Shown here in pieces: positions 1-15,815 of a DNA stretch of 64,000 nt. The number at the start of each line of letters is the position of its first letter. The first letter of the stretch is position 1. Location of the stretch: NCBI RefSeq assembly GCF_009914755.1, contig NC_060935.1; one strand, written 5' to 3'. Made by a program: the position numbers and the translations under genes. Source of the stretch: the human T2T-CHM13v2.0 reference genome, Homo sapiens. The notes beneath the pieces are model-generated. The model did no database searches. It was not told where the DNA came from and saw only the letters and a list, made by a program, of their open reading frames with translations.

Positions 1-1461
1 TGAAACCCCTTATTCTGCTCTTTCTCCCCTTCTCACTACTGCTATTGAGTAGTCTTAAAAAAAAAAAAAAAGGACAGCAGGCAGCCATTAACAAGAATGA
101 GCTTTGTATGGGCAAGGAAAGACGTCTGTGATGTTACTAAGTTAAAAAAATAAACATGTAAAACAGCATACCTAATGTGATCTCATTTATATTTGTGCAA
201 ATATGTGCTAATATATACATATTATGTACGGAAAAATGGAAAAGTGTTGGAGTAATATATGTTAAACTGTTAACAGGAATTGCCCCTCAGAGATCAAATG
301 GCAGGAGAACTTTATTTTCCATGTAAGCCATTTATATAATTTTGAATTTTTCAGTTATTTATTGAGTTAATAATTTTTAAAAATGTACTTTAAAAAGTCT
401 TTTTAAGTTCTCCTGATTAGACTATGCAATCTTGGCCAGCAAAATTTAAAGTTTAAAAGTTTACCTTTGCATCTTCACTTGAATTATTTGTGAAAAGCAG
501 AGAGGAACTAAATTTCTAGGCATTTCCAAGACAGATGGGGATGCCTCTTAAAGAACAAGTCACATAGTAGAAGATTTTAGCAGGACAGAAGTCACTGGAA
601 CCTGAACCAAAGGGCTTCCCGACTTCCTGGAGATGGTGAGACCCTCTGGTAACTAATCAGAAAGCTGTCAAGAGGAAATAGTAAAAGTACTAGGAAGCTG
701 AAACCACCTACCGAGCAATGGGCTAGAATATAACACTCAGAAGGGTTACTTACTCCTTTTCTTACAAATAAATTACAAAGGTTGTACTTTTCGTTTTTTT
801 AAAAATCGATTATTCAGAAGGGGGATATATTTCTTGAAATCACAACAAAGGTCAATACTGTTGAGATGACAATTACATCTGTTGAGATGGCAAGAATATA
901 AACTAATGATAGGACAGGTATCTTGCCAACATAGTCTCTGCATTTAAGGAGTTATAGAGTTAAGGAGTTATAGAGATACATCTTAATTACTCATTTTCAC
1001 CTCATTTATCTGGAAAACAACTTATTCAGCAAATGTGATTGTCAGATGCAGCTGAGAACTAGAAACTAAGCATCATTGTCATCCTTATCAAGCCTTTAGT
1101 TAAGCAGCTAGCATATAGGTCTCAGAGCCTAAGATTCAGGAGTCCTAATTCAGAAAACTGTTACAGTAGGGTGGGTGAGTGACGAGTGATATTACAAAAG
1201 GATCATTTCAAGTGGCAGGGAGGTGTAGTGGAGACACCTGATGTGGGCAGGACACACCCAGGCTCTACCCTGAGACCTCCTAGCTGGGAGATCTGGAAAA
1301 GTCCTTAATTATGAGAGCCTCAGCTCTCCTGCGAGGATGAGGGTCGATGACACATGTAAGGCCCAGCAACAGGCCGGGCAATGACACAGAACTTTGTGTT
1401 CATCCAGGAGCCGCAGCCCCCACCACTTACCCTTCTCTGATCAGGTCTCTGTCACCTGCCT

Positions 1462-1875
<414 letters not shown>

Positions 1876-3083
1876 TTGAAGAGCAGAGAGAAAACTCCAA
1901 GATATACCACTGTGTATTTCCGAGGTGTTCAAAGGGGCTCAATAGGGGAGTTGTGGAGGCAGCCAGCCCTGACAGGCTGAGGGAGAAGGAAAGCCAGTCT
2001 TCCCTAACACTCTGGCTCCCTAATGCATCTCCAGGGGTCAGCATCCCATGCACCCCATTTCAGTTGGGACCTCACTCTTGTTCCTGAGCTCAGCACTGCA
2101 CTTGCCACAGCTCCCTCAACAGCTGGGGACAGGCTCATCGGGTGCTGGCCTGCAGTTCCCTGAGGTTAGGTAATTTGCCCAATGTCACGGTAAGTGGCTG
2201 AGCAGAGATTCAAAACCGAGTACTTTTCACTGTCCTAGTAATGAGCCAGGGAAGTTTGCAGAAGGTGAGGAAGGGAAAGGCACTCATTTAAGGTGGGGCA
2301 TAAATAACAAGATTTTAAAAGTGTGGGAAAGGGAGGAAGCCCAATCTCAGCTGAGAGAAAACTAGGACGACCCAGGAAGGCAGGAGGGATCCAAGACTCC
2401 TCAGATTTGGGACTTGGTGATTAAGAAGTGCAGGGTGGCCATGGGATAAGGAAGCTGACAGAGTGTGGGGCAGGGTGGGGGCAGGGCAGAGGCAGAACAG
2501 GACCCACGAGGATGTTCAAATAGGGCCATGACATGATCTGAACTGGGCTTCTGGAAGGACGGTCTGGCAGAATTCATAATCTTACCATTTACATACATCA
2601 CATGTACTGCCCTGGGCCCCTAACAGGTGCTTGCTCTTTGGGAGAACCTAAGGCTGGAGCCTAAACAGCCGGGAACAGCTAGTGGTGCCCTGCATCCCCT
2701 GGCCACCCTGTGCCAGCCTCTGAGAGAAGGGGTAGTAAGAAGTGGGCATGTGTAGGGCAGGTCTGCCCAAGACCGCAAGATCGTTCGTTATAGAGAGAAT
2801 TGTTGTCCTATTCATCTCAGAACCCCCAGTGCCCAAGACAGGGCCTGACACTTTGTAGATGCTGAAAATATATTTGCATGAATGAACAAATGGTGACATG
2901 TGTGCCCTGCCTGTCAAACTGTTGCCAACCAGGAGAGAGCAGGAAAGGAGTATCTCCGCTGAGCTGAGGGTCACTGGATCTAGCTGGGGAAGGCGCTGGA
3001 GGGACCCCTTTCCCAGCCCCAAGTCTGCTGAGAGTCAAACAGCTAGCAGGAGAAACAGCACAGGTTTGTTTTTCGGTTGGTTC

Positions 3084-3636
3084 TTTTTTTTTTTTTTTTG
3101 AGATAAGGTCTCACTACTGAGGCTGGAGTGCAGTGGGTGGGATCTTGGCTCACTGCAACCTCTGCGTCCTGGGCTTAAGCTATCCTCTAGCCTCAGCTCC
3201 TGAGTAGCTGGGACCACAGGCGTATTGGCCAGGCCCGGCTATTTTTTATTTTTATTTTTTTTGTAGAGATGGGGTTTTGCCATGTTGCCCAAGCTGGTCT
3301 TGAACTCCTGAGCTCAAAGCAGTCCGCCCACCCCGGCCTCCCAAAGTACTGAGATTACAGGTGTGTGCCATCACGCCTGGTAGTTTTTTGTTTTTTGTTT
3401 TGAGACACAGTCTTGCTCTGTTGCCCAGGCTAGAGTACAGTGGCGCAATCATGGCTCACAGCAGCCTCCACCTCCTGAGTTCAAGCAATCCTCCCACCTC
3501 AGCCTCCTTAGTAGCTGGGACAAAAGGTGTGCACTAGAGACAGGGTTTCATCATGGTGTTCAGGCTGGTCTCGAACTCCTGGGCTCAAGCGAACCTCCCA
3601 CCTCAACCTCCCCAAGTGCTGGGATTACAGGCGGCA
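3084..3636 (-). mobile_element. Two adjacent Alus (AluJ-like); the second lacks its middle linker
   Basis: Two T-tails and Alu consensus. Confidence 0.85.
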
Positions 3637-4194
3637 CAGTTTTAAGCCACAACTAAAATATCCATGTTGCTGCCCAACTCATGCCATTCTTGAAACACCT
3701 GCCTGCCAGTAATTTGGGAAACACAGCTTTGTGTATGAGGTCAATACAGCACCTCCAAGTAATAGCTTTCCTGTTTAGTGGTGAAGAACAGTGCTGATAG
3801 CTGCCCTGGGCACACAGTTCACAGGTACCCATACCTCCTGTGAGCTCAGGTGGTAATTCCCCCTCTCAGTGCCTGATTGCTCAGAAACCAAAGCTCAGCT
3901 CATCTTGGAGAGGGCTCACCATGATCTTTCTGTTTAATGGCCTTGGGAAGTCACCCAGATGTCAGCCAAACCCAAACAACGTAAACAGATGCAGGTTTAG
4001 GTGGAGGCTACCAGGCTGTTCCCCTTCATCAGGTTTCAGAATTTGTACCCAAACCAGGAAAATCACTCGAAAATGGCAACAGTCACCATTTCTGTCAGTT
4101 AACACCTGTTAGATATCAGATGTTATATTATACAATATTATCACAGCCCAGTGAAACCAATGCTGGGAAAGTTGACTGACCTGGGCCGTTATCA

Positions 4195-4880
4195 GACTGG
4201 CAAAGATGAAGAAGTTTGATAACATTATGTTGTCAGGAGTGCATGGAAGTTACTCTCAAACATTAGTGTGGTGATTGTAAATGGGTGGAACCTGCTTGGA
4301 TGGCATATGATGCAATCTGTAAAAATATTTAAATAGCACATACCTTTTGACCCAGAAATTCCACTTCTAATAATTTATCCTACAGATAAGATGGGCACAT
4401 AGATGCAGAGATATATGTGTCACTGTTGTCATGAAGCACAGTACAGTCAATTGTAGCAGCAAAAGACTGGAGATGCACCTGTGTGTTCACTGGTAAGGAA
4501 CCAGTTAAATAAAATATCAGTATTCATGTTTTGGGATATTACAAAAATGTTCAAAAGAATGAGGCAAATCTATATGTGTTGACATTAGATGATCTCAAAA
4601 ATAATGAAAAAAGTAGAGGGCAGAACAGTGTATAGAGAATGATTCCACTTAAATAAAGTAATTATATGTGTATACACACACAGTCACACATACACAGATA
4701 GACATACAGTTATCCATATAAATGCATAGAACATCTCTAAGTTATTCTAAAAACCAGAAGCTGTGGTTGTCTTTGGGGAGAATGGGTGTCTGGAATGGGA
4801 GAAGACTTTACATTTCACTCTATACTTTTTTGAACAATAGTAATATTTTAGCAAGTTTGTGAATTACTTAAAAAATAAAT
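4195..4880 (+). mobile_element. Old L1M (L1ME-like) 3' fragment
   Basis: CCTTTTGACCCAGAAATTCCACTTCT and AAAAGAATGAGGCAAATCTATATG motifs. Confidence 0.65.
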
Positions 4881-5319
4881 ACACTGTGACTGTAAAAATA
4901 CAAATACTGCATGCCAAGATTGAGTCTGAGCCTTAGATTCTTCACATTTGAAAATGTTTTTCACATATATACAATGGACAACCCCATGAGCATTACCTCA
5001 GTCTATGAAGGCAGGCAGGAGACTTGGACTAAAGCACTATGCTTTTCCCTTCCCGGGCACTTGCTTATTTGATCACTACTTTACAGATGAGAAAACTAAG
5101 GCTCAGAGACGTAAGTGTCCAAGTCTTTGCTAAGTAAAAATTCAGAGCTGAGACTGGAACCCAAGTCTCTTTTCATGGTCCCACAGATGCCCCTAATAAG
5201 GTAAGGCACTTGAGTATAGAGGTGGAGTTTTACATTTCTTTAATGTTTCCCAGAATAGCACATGGCTCAGTGCTGGCAAAGACTTGGGAGACAGATATGA
5301 CAAAAAGCAGAAGTCTAGA

Positions 5320-5960
5320 CCTGGGCTGTTCAATATGGTAGCTGCTAGCCACATGTAGCTGTTGAGCACTTGAAACTGACTAGTCCACACTGAGATGTAC
5401 TCTAAGTATAAAATGCACACCAGAATTTGAAGACTTAGTACTTAGTATGTTATACAGAATATAAAACATCTAATTAATAACTTGTTTTCCATTGATTACA
5501 TGTTGAGATGATAATGTTTCTGGATATATCAGGTTAAACCAAATATATATTCAAAGTCAATTTTACCTGTTTCTTTTTATATTTTTAATATGGCCACTAG
5601 AACATTTAAAATTACATACATGGATGGGCATGGTGGCTCATGCCTGTAATCCCAGCACTTTGGGAGGCTGAGGCAGGCGGATCGCCTGAGCCTAGGAGTT
5701 CAAGACCAGCCTAGACAACATGGCGAAACCCCATCTCTGCAAAAAATACAAAAATTAGCTGGGCATGGTGGCATGCACCTGTGGTCCCAGCTACTTGAGT
5801 GGCTGAGGGTGGGAGGATAGCTTCAGCTCAGGAGGCAGAGGTTGCAGTGAGCTGCATTTCAGTCTGGGTGACACAGTGAGACCCTGTCTCAAAAATAAAA
5901 TAGTATTACATATGTGGCTTGCATGTGAGCCTTGCATTATATTTCTACTGGAAAATGTTG
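5320..5960. mobile_element. MER33/MER3-type hAT-Charlie element interrupted by an Alu (5622-5900)
   Basis: CAATATGGTAGCTGCTAGCCACATGT...ATGTGGCT...ATATTTCTACTGGA. Confidence 0.65.
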
Positions 5961-6765
5961 GTATAAACTATCACTTCTCCAACCTCTTGCCAAGAAAACA
6001 AAACTTGTTCCTTTGAGATTGTTCCACACTCTCCTCTCTCAACAACGTGAGCTCTCTGTCCCCAGTCCTTTCTCTTCATTCTTTAAACATGTTGGCGCCC
6101 TTTACTGCAAGTTACAGCATCATCCTGTGTCCCTCCAGCATACCCGTGGACAGCCCATCCAGTGATCTCATCTACAGGCACATCCTCCCTCTAGTCATCC
6201 TCAGCCTCCACACCTTCTCTCCTTGTTTACTGTTCAATTCCTCCCCTTGGCCTCATCAGTCCTTCCACTCTGACTCCCTCTACTTTTCCCAATCCATCTT
6301 CCTCACTTCCCTCCCTACCCAGCCTCAGTTCCATTGCCCATCAGGATCCAAGGACTCCTGTCAATCTTTTCAACACCAGTACTTTCTGCCTTTTCATCAT
6401 ATCTACCTGGTAAGGCCCTAGTCCTGGGACTAACAATGTTCTACTCTTTCTCTGCCTGTACATGAGTAGCCAACCCTGCAAGAGAATGTCACCTGGCAGA
6501 CACTATTCAGCACAACAAAGCACACTGTTTCTAGGATAGACTCAAGATCACCAAACTCAACAGGGCCCCATCCTGCCAGACAATCTTACTGCATAAATTG
6601 ACACTTCCTTTTCCCACAGTTACTATACAGGCTCCCTCCTCTTCCTGGGATGCTGCTGACACTTCCTTCTGATTTGGTGGTAGCTCTGGCCCACCACACT
6701 CACCAGCTGTTTTTCCCATCTCTCTGGTTGCTGCTTCTCAGTATCTTTTGAGGGCTCATCCTCTT

Positions 6766-7831
<1,066 letters not shown>

Positions 7832-8299
7832 TACTCTGATCTGCCATTAAATCACAGAATTCCTTGAGCTTGATCCTAGGCCCTGTCCTTTATTCTTTAT
7901 TCTCTCCCTAGGTAATCCCATCTATGCATGCAGCTCTGAGTCCAGTTACTTCCAAATTCACATCACCAACACAACTGCACCTTTGAGTATCAGAATTATT
8001 AATCCAACTGTCTGCTTTGCCTCTGCACCTGCCAGTTGACAGGCACTTCAAAATCTACATCTTCAAAGATAAATTAAATGCACACAGAATTGAGTCTACA
8101 GCCATGACTATCTGGAAAGATACAGAACTTGGTAACACCTATTGGCTCCAGGGGGTAAGGAGGAGGAACTCGGTGGCTGGAGGACAAGACAGGGAGGCTT
8201 TTACAGATACATATTTTGAATTTTGGACTGTGTGCAAATACTACCTATTCAAACATAAGCAAAAACTAAAGAAGCAAATTAATTTTAAAATAAAACAAT

Positions 8300-9160
8300 A
8301 AATGTATAATCCCATCTCCCAGATTTGGTCGTCTGGTGTCCCCAACCTCAGTGAAAGGCTCTCCCAGCCAGTCAGCTCCACAGGACACCATCCTGACACC
8401 TTCTCCTTCCTCATCCACTACATCCCATCTGTCACAGGGTCCTGTCAATTTTACCTCCAACATGTAACTTGAATCTGATTTGTGTGCTCTTTCTTCTACC
8501 ATCACCCTAGTCCAAGCCACCAATTCATGAATGGTGACAATGGTCTCTCAATGTGCTTCACTATGCCTGCTTAATCCCCGCTAACTTACTGTCTACACAG
8601 CATCCTGAGTGATATTTTCAAAACTTCATTGTATTTTGTCACCCTCCTGTTTAAAACCCTTGTCTGGCTCTCCATTGCTCTAGGAATGAAGTCAAACCCC
8701 TTCAAAGGCTTGACTGGCCAGGTGTCATTTGGCTCCTGCCCATCACTTAGGCCTCAGCATCCTCAGCACGCCCTCATACCCTGAGATCCAGGCACACTGC
8801 CCTTTCTTCAGCCCCTTGGATTCATCTCGTTCTCTCACACTGCAGGGACTTAGCATAGGCTACTCCCCCTGCCTGCTCCCTCGTTTGCCTGTTAACCTTC
8901 ATTCATCCTTCAGATCTCAATCATCGCCTCTTCTGGGAAGTCTATCCCAACTCCAGGCTAGGTCAGGTCTCTTCTTGTATGTTTTCATAGCACTTTTCCA
9001 TCATAGTAACTATCACAGTTTGTAAGTATACACTTGTGTGGGTATTTGACATCTGTTCTCCCTTTAGACTGTAAGTTCCATGAGGGCAGGAGTTGCCTAT
9101 TTGGTTCCCTGTTGCAGCCCCAGAACTTTGCAGAGTACCTGGAACATGGATGAGAATTTA
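8300..9160. mobile_element. L2 fragment
   Basis: TAGACTGTAAGTTCCATGAGGGCAGG and other L2 3' motifs. Confidence 0.65.
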
Positions 9161-9320
9161 CGCTCAGTGACTCCCCTTATAGGGTTGTACATCTGATCTG
9201 GAGGTATGGGGTACAGAACCCAGGACTATGCCAAGCTGAGCACAGGATCAGAACTTTGGACTCCACAGCCAGTTCTTGTGTGACCCTTGGGATCCTATTT
9301 GCTTCCTTCTTTTTGCCTGA

Positions 9321-9668
<348 letters not shown>

Positions 9669-10514
9669 TGATCCTTCCGTCTAAACGTCCCTGTATCACA
9701 CACATGCATGTGCATGCACCCATGCTGCTACGTATGCCCTCATGCACACACAGCCCAGTTTCTGAGTTCCTGGCAAATGGGGCCACATAGAAAAGTAATC
9801 CCAGGAAATGTACCAGGGAAGCAAGGGCTTCAGAGGAAATCAGTCAAGCAGAAGTGGGTTCCAATATCGATCTGCCCTTTGTTAATATCATGACTTTGGC
9901 CAAGTCAGCTCAAAGTCACTGACTCTCTGTTCCTCATGTGTAAAACAAGGATGTCCATAGATACCTCACAGATCGGATATGTTAGAAAGAATTAAAGTGA
10001 ATGCAGTATGCCGAATGCTTAGCACAGTGCCCTCACCCCACAAATAAACAATAAATGGTAGGCACGGGTATACCAGGGCTATATGCCAGCCACACCCAGA
10101 AGAATCTTAGGACTAATCAGAAGATAATTCATGGTGTGCCTCAGGCTGTTGCAAACACACCGATAAAAAAAGGAATTTTTAAAATAAAACAGGTAAGCTG
10201 CTTCTCTGACTCTTAAGAGGAAGCTCAGCCAACTGCATGGCACAACTGATTCAGAGCAACGGGGGCCAAGAGATCTGCTGGTGGGTGCAGAGGGTGGCAC
10301 AGGAGGGCAAGATGCAGGGGGGTGGGGGTGGGAGTGTGCAGGGAAAGCCAGAAAAGGCCCTTCCCAATCCCTGCTGGGGAGAGCACATACAGTGGAGCCG
10401 AAAGACCCAGGTTCTATCTGGGCTGCACACGCTATAGCTGGGCGACTCTGCACAAACCCCTTCCCCTTTCCGAGCCACTTCGTGGCTTTTCTGTCAATGA
10501 TTCAATTTAAAAAA

Positions 10515-11150
<636 letters not shown>

Positions 11151-12078
11151 CCATACAGGTAAGAAAGCCTGACAGCCAAGAACAATTCCAGGGGCACAAG
11201 CCCTGATTCCAGACCAAGAGAATTCAGTCTCCTTCCACTCAAGAAGCATTTGGGGGAAAGACAGGGTCGGGGACCAACATTTAAGGAGCTCCTGCTCTTG
11301 GGCCCATGCTCCAGCTCCACTTAGGAGTCCCTAATGAGTGAATTCAGCTGCCCAGCCAGCAACGCCAGGCTCTTCTTACAGCCCGGCCCCTGCAGAAAGG
11401 GCCTTGAGAACCCGCTTGCAGTGATTGGCCCAAGGCTGATACCTGATCTGAACTGGGCCAATCAGATTCTCTGTCCCGAGAGTGTGAACTTAGGATGCGG
11501 GGCCTCTTAGACCCTGTGGTGGCCCCAAGAGACAGGCTGCTTCCTGGAGGCCACAGTAAGTGGAACAGAGAAAGCTGGTTCTGGCAAGAGGCTGTCGGGC
11601 AGCAGGAGAGACTGGGCTCCCGTGGCCCAGGGACTGCTGGGGAAAGGAGCTGCTGCCGTGGACACATATGGCTTCTGGGGTCCTGGTTCCAGGTCTAGGG
11701 AGAGGCCTGGCACCTCTGCCCCTGGCAGGTACCTCTACTTCCCTCTGAATACACTTTCCCTTGGGTGTCTCCTGCTGCTTAGAAGTTATTTGGCCTCCCT
11801 GAATCTGTTTTCTTCAGGCATAAAGTGGGAATAGCAACGCCTGCTTTGCATGGTTGTGAAAACTCAGAGTATGACACGCAGTAAGCACTCTCTATGAGGT
11901 GCATTAAAAAGAAATATTATCATAGTCCACCAGTGCCAGCTTGAGGAAGTGGGGCAGTGGCGTGATCAGGCCTGGTAGGGCATGGGTGGGAACTGCAGGC
12001 TACAGGTAAGGATGGAATCTAGGTAGTGGTTGGTTCCATTCAGACCTGCGCTCTACCCAAAGCTCCCGCCCTTTTTGC

Positions 12079-12495
12079 CTGTTATGGTTTGAATAGTGTG
12101 TCGCCAAAAAGATATGTTGACGTCCTAACCAGAACTCAGAACGTGACCTTATTTGGAGATAGGGTTGTTACAGAGGTAATCAAGTTAAAATGAGGTCATT
12201 ACAGTGAGCCCTAATCTAATATGACCCTTCTAAAAAGGAGACATTTGGATATAGAGACATACATGCACGTGGAGTGAGTGCCGTGTGAAGATGAAGGCAG
12301 AGATCAGAGGATGCATCTGCAAGCCAGGGAATGCCAGATTGCCAGCAAACCACCTGAAGCCAGGGAGCGACATGGAATAGTCCCTCTTACAGGCCTGAGA
12401 ACTAACCAGCCCTGCTGACACCTTGATCCCAGACTTCTAGCCTTTAGAACTTGGAGACAATGAATTTCTGTTGTATAAGCCACCCTAGCAAATGC
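12079..12495 (+). mobile_element. MLT1 (MaLR) LTR
   Basis: TGTTATGGTTTGAA...GTGACCTTATTTGGAGATAGGG...AATTTCTGTTG. Confidence 0.75.
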
Positions 12496-13148
12496 CCTTC
12501 TGTGGCTTTTATTTCCAGAAATAATTGTCCTCAGTTTTCTGATTGAAAAGGACTGAATCAGCTAATCTGTTGTTTTCAAAACTTGATTGTGCATTAGATC
12601 ATCTGGGGAAGGTTTTACAACATTCTCCTGGATCAATGAACTCAGCATCTGAGGGTGTGACCAAGGCCTCTGTGATTTTTTAAAACTTCCCATGTGTTTC
12701 CAGCGTGCATCAAGATTGATAACCACTGAGCTAATCCACACTGAGGTGTTAGCAGCTGAAGACCATTTATTAGAATTCCTTTACAGCAGGCACAACGCCT
12801 GAAGCCAAAGAACTATGTGAAAGAGCAGTGTTGGAGACACTAGGGACAGCTCTTTCAGGAAGACAGTTGGGGGAAATGGACTATTTCTGGCATCACTCAA
12901 ATTTTACTGTATCTGGCTAGTCCTATTTCTAGGGATGCTCTGGGGGCTTAGGAGGAAGAACAGGCAGGCAAAGTCATTCCATTTGCTCCCTCCACCCCCT
13001 TCAAAACTCTAACACAGTGGTTCTCAGCATTTGGCTCCATTAGAATCACCTGGAGGTGATCACGGAACTAGATTGCAGGGCCCGGTCCCCAGTTTCTCAT
13101 TCAGTAGGGTGAGGTGAGTCCTAAAAGTGCATTTCTAACAAGTGCTTC

Positions 13149-13784
13149 TGAGGCAGGAGAATAGGGTCTATAGGCAGGGAACTTAGGGCCCATTCATGCT
13201 GACTTCCTAAAGCTGAATCAAGAGAAAACACCAAGGTCTGGGGCAGGGAATCTGAGGCCAATTCATGATAATTTCCTAAAGTTAAATAAAAGGGAAAACA
13301 CCTGGGTCTGGGGGCAAGGAACCTAAGGCCAATTAACAAAAACGCAGTAAAGCTAAACCAAAAGGAAAAACCCCACCTTCGCAGGCCCAGAGGCTACTCT
13401 CTCTACACCTCTCCCCCTCTTCCAGGTCTCAGAGGGAAAGGGAGAGTGCCTTAGATTGGCCTCTGGCCAAGCATGGGTCATCTCTTTATCTGCATAGGCC
13501 ACCAATTCACTTCAGCCTTTAATTAGCCACGGACCTAATCCTTCATCCAGGTAAGGGGTAACCAACAGGGACTTCAAAAGGAGTACTTCTAACCCAGAAA
13601 ACATTGTAAACTCTGGCTCAGGCTGCCCCCACCCTGCAGAGTGCTTTCTTGCTGTAACAAATCCCTGCTTTTGCTGCTTCATTCCTGTGTTTCATTCCTT
13701 TGTTACTTCATGTGTTTTGCTGAATTCTTTGTTCAAAACACCAAGGACCTGGACAACTCACTCAAGGCTTTCCTTCTGGTAACA
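13149..13784 (+). mobile_element. MER51-family solo LTR inside a MER5A
   Basis: TGAGGCAGGAGAATAGGGTCT...CTGGTAACA; three ~70-bp internal repeats; CCAAT boxes. Confidence 0.82.
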
Positions 13785-15143
13785 CCTAGGTGATGCTTCC
13801 TTCACCCTCTTCAAAGCTCTAACACAGTGGTTCTCAGCATTTGGCTCCATTAGAACCACCTGGAGGTGATCACTGAACCAGATTGCAGGGCCCGGTCTCC
13901 AGTTTCTCATTCAGTAGGGTGACACTGCTGGTGGTCCCAAAACTGTACTTTTAGAACTTTGGCTGAAAGGATTCTGTAAGACCTCAGGGCGAAGAGGACA
14001 CCAAGGATGCCCTCAGGGTCCCAGGAGGCCAGGCCCTCCTCTCCTCTGACACTGCTCTGCTAACACCATACCTGCCAGGCAGGGGCTAGTCTGTGATGCA
14101 GCACTTCTTATCTTGGGGAAGGAAAGTTTTGGGACATGCAGTCATTAACAGAACCAGGGTCAATGGATCAAGAGTGAAAGGACACAGGTTCTGGTGAACG
14201 GAATTGAGGCAGTGCGTGTAGAACAGATGCATTCATGGATTCTAGAGTCAGACTAACTGGTGTTCAAAATTTAGCTGTGCCAGTAACAACTGTGTGAACT
14301 GGGGTAAGTGAGTTACCTTCTTTCAGCCTCTGTTATGGTACCTAGGAAATAAGGATAATATAATAGTGCTGTGCCCGCCTCCTGCAGCAGAATAAAGTTT
14401 AAATGAGACAATATATGTAAAGAGCTTATCAGTCTCTAACACTTGGTGATAGCTCAATAAATAGTAGGTATTATTAATGATAATTCTTTGAAGATGCACA
14501 GGCTTTTTTGGTAAGGTAATGATCTCCCCATCCTTGGGGGTATGTAAGCAGAAGCTGGAGTTGTACCAGGGATTAAAGCAGAAGATCTGAGACCGGGAGT
14601 GTTGGAGGAGGAGGCTGGTTCTTCTGCTCCAGATCACATAATGGAACTGGAATAAGCACTTGTAAACCTACGATTCACTTCTGAAGTGTGGCAAGACTGG
14701 GCGACCTGAAATTCTTTCCTGTGGAATTCCTTCTAGAATCTTCCTACCACACCTTTTCCAGGCACCAACAAGAGCCACCTTGCTGGAAAGCTGGACTGTT
14801 TTCTGAAAGACCACAGGGTATGTAAAAGCCACTGCCGTGATTCTGATCAGATGCCAAGGAAGCAAGGCATGACAGCAGCCACTGCCTCACCCTGCACCAG
14901 TGTGCAAGGGGTTGGGGAGCTGGCTGGGTTTGCCGTCTGCAAAGCTGGGTGGCAAGACTGAGTCAGGCCTGGGCCAGCGGCCAGCCTGGGGAACTAGAAG
15001 GTGCGGTCAGTAAATGTGTGTTGAATAGGAAGATAAGGGAGAAAATGAGGTGTTGTTATCTCCCAACAATTCTTTTGAGGGGATGTTATAGGATGCCTGA
15101 AGGTACTTGGAAGAGGGGTATAAAGTGATCAGAAGATCATTCA

Positions 15144-15432
<289 letters not shown>

Positions 15433-15479
15433 TCAGGCACATGCGTAACTGGATACCACAGGTTCGAGTAAATTCTCCT

Positions 15480-15815
15480 CCAGAAAAACTATTAGGCCAA
15501 TTCCTCTTTATCCTTTAAGGTTTCTGTTTAAACATCATTTCCTCCAGGAAGCCTTCCCCAATCCCTAGCACCAGGTTAAGGGTCCCATTTCTGTGTTCCC
15601 ATTGTTCCCTGTTTCTCTCCAGCAACACACTTATCCCTCTCTGTTGTAATTCCTCTTGATGAATGGTTCATCCTCCTCGATCTGCCGTCAGCTATGTGAA
15701 CACAGGGGTTGGTCTGTCTTGGTGACCATTGAATCCCCAGGGCCTAGCACAGTGCCTGGCACTGTGGACTTCTCATATGTACCTGAATGAATGAATGAAT
15801 GAATGAATGAATGTC
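15480..15815. mobile_element. L2 3' end with (TGAA)n tail
   Basis: CCTAGCACAGTGCCTGGCAC followed by (TGAA)7. Confidence 0.7.

Noticed and set aside
465-517. Possible small minus-strand exon (TAG|AAATTT...GCAAAG|GTAAAC) in VSTM5 intron 1
   Set aside because: Weak polypyrimidine tract; translation does not match the VSTM5 continuation (SQGVSLYIP...) as recalled
944-975. 16-bp tandem duplication (similar ones near 16812, 43762, 60618)
   Set aside because: Ordinary short slippage duplications
12984-13922. 129-bp repeat as a giant TSD of the MER51 LTR
   Set aside because: The copies do not abut the LTR, and ERV1 TSDs are 4-5 bp; reinterpreted as a templated duplication
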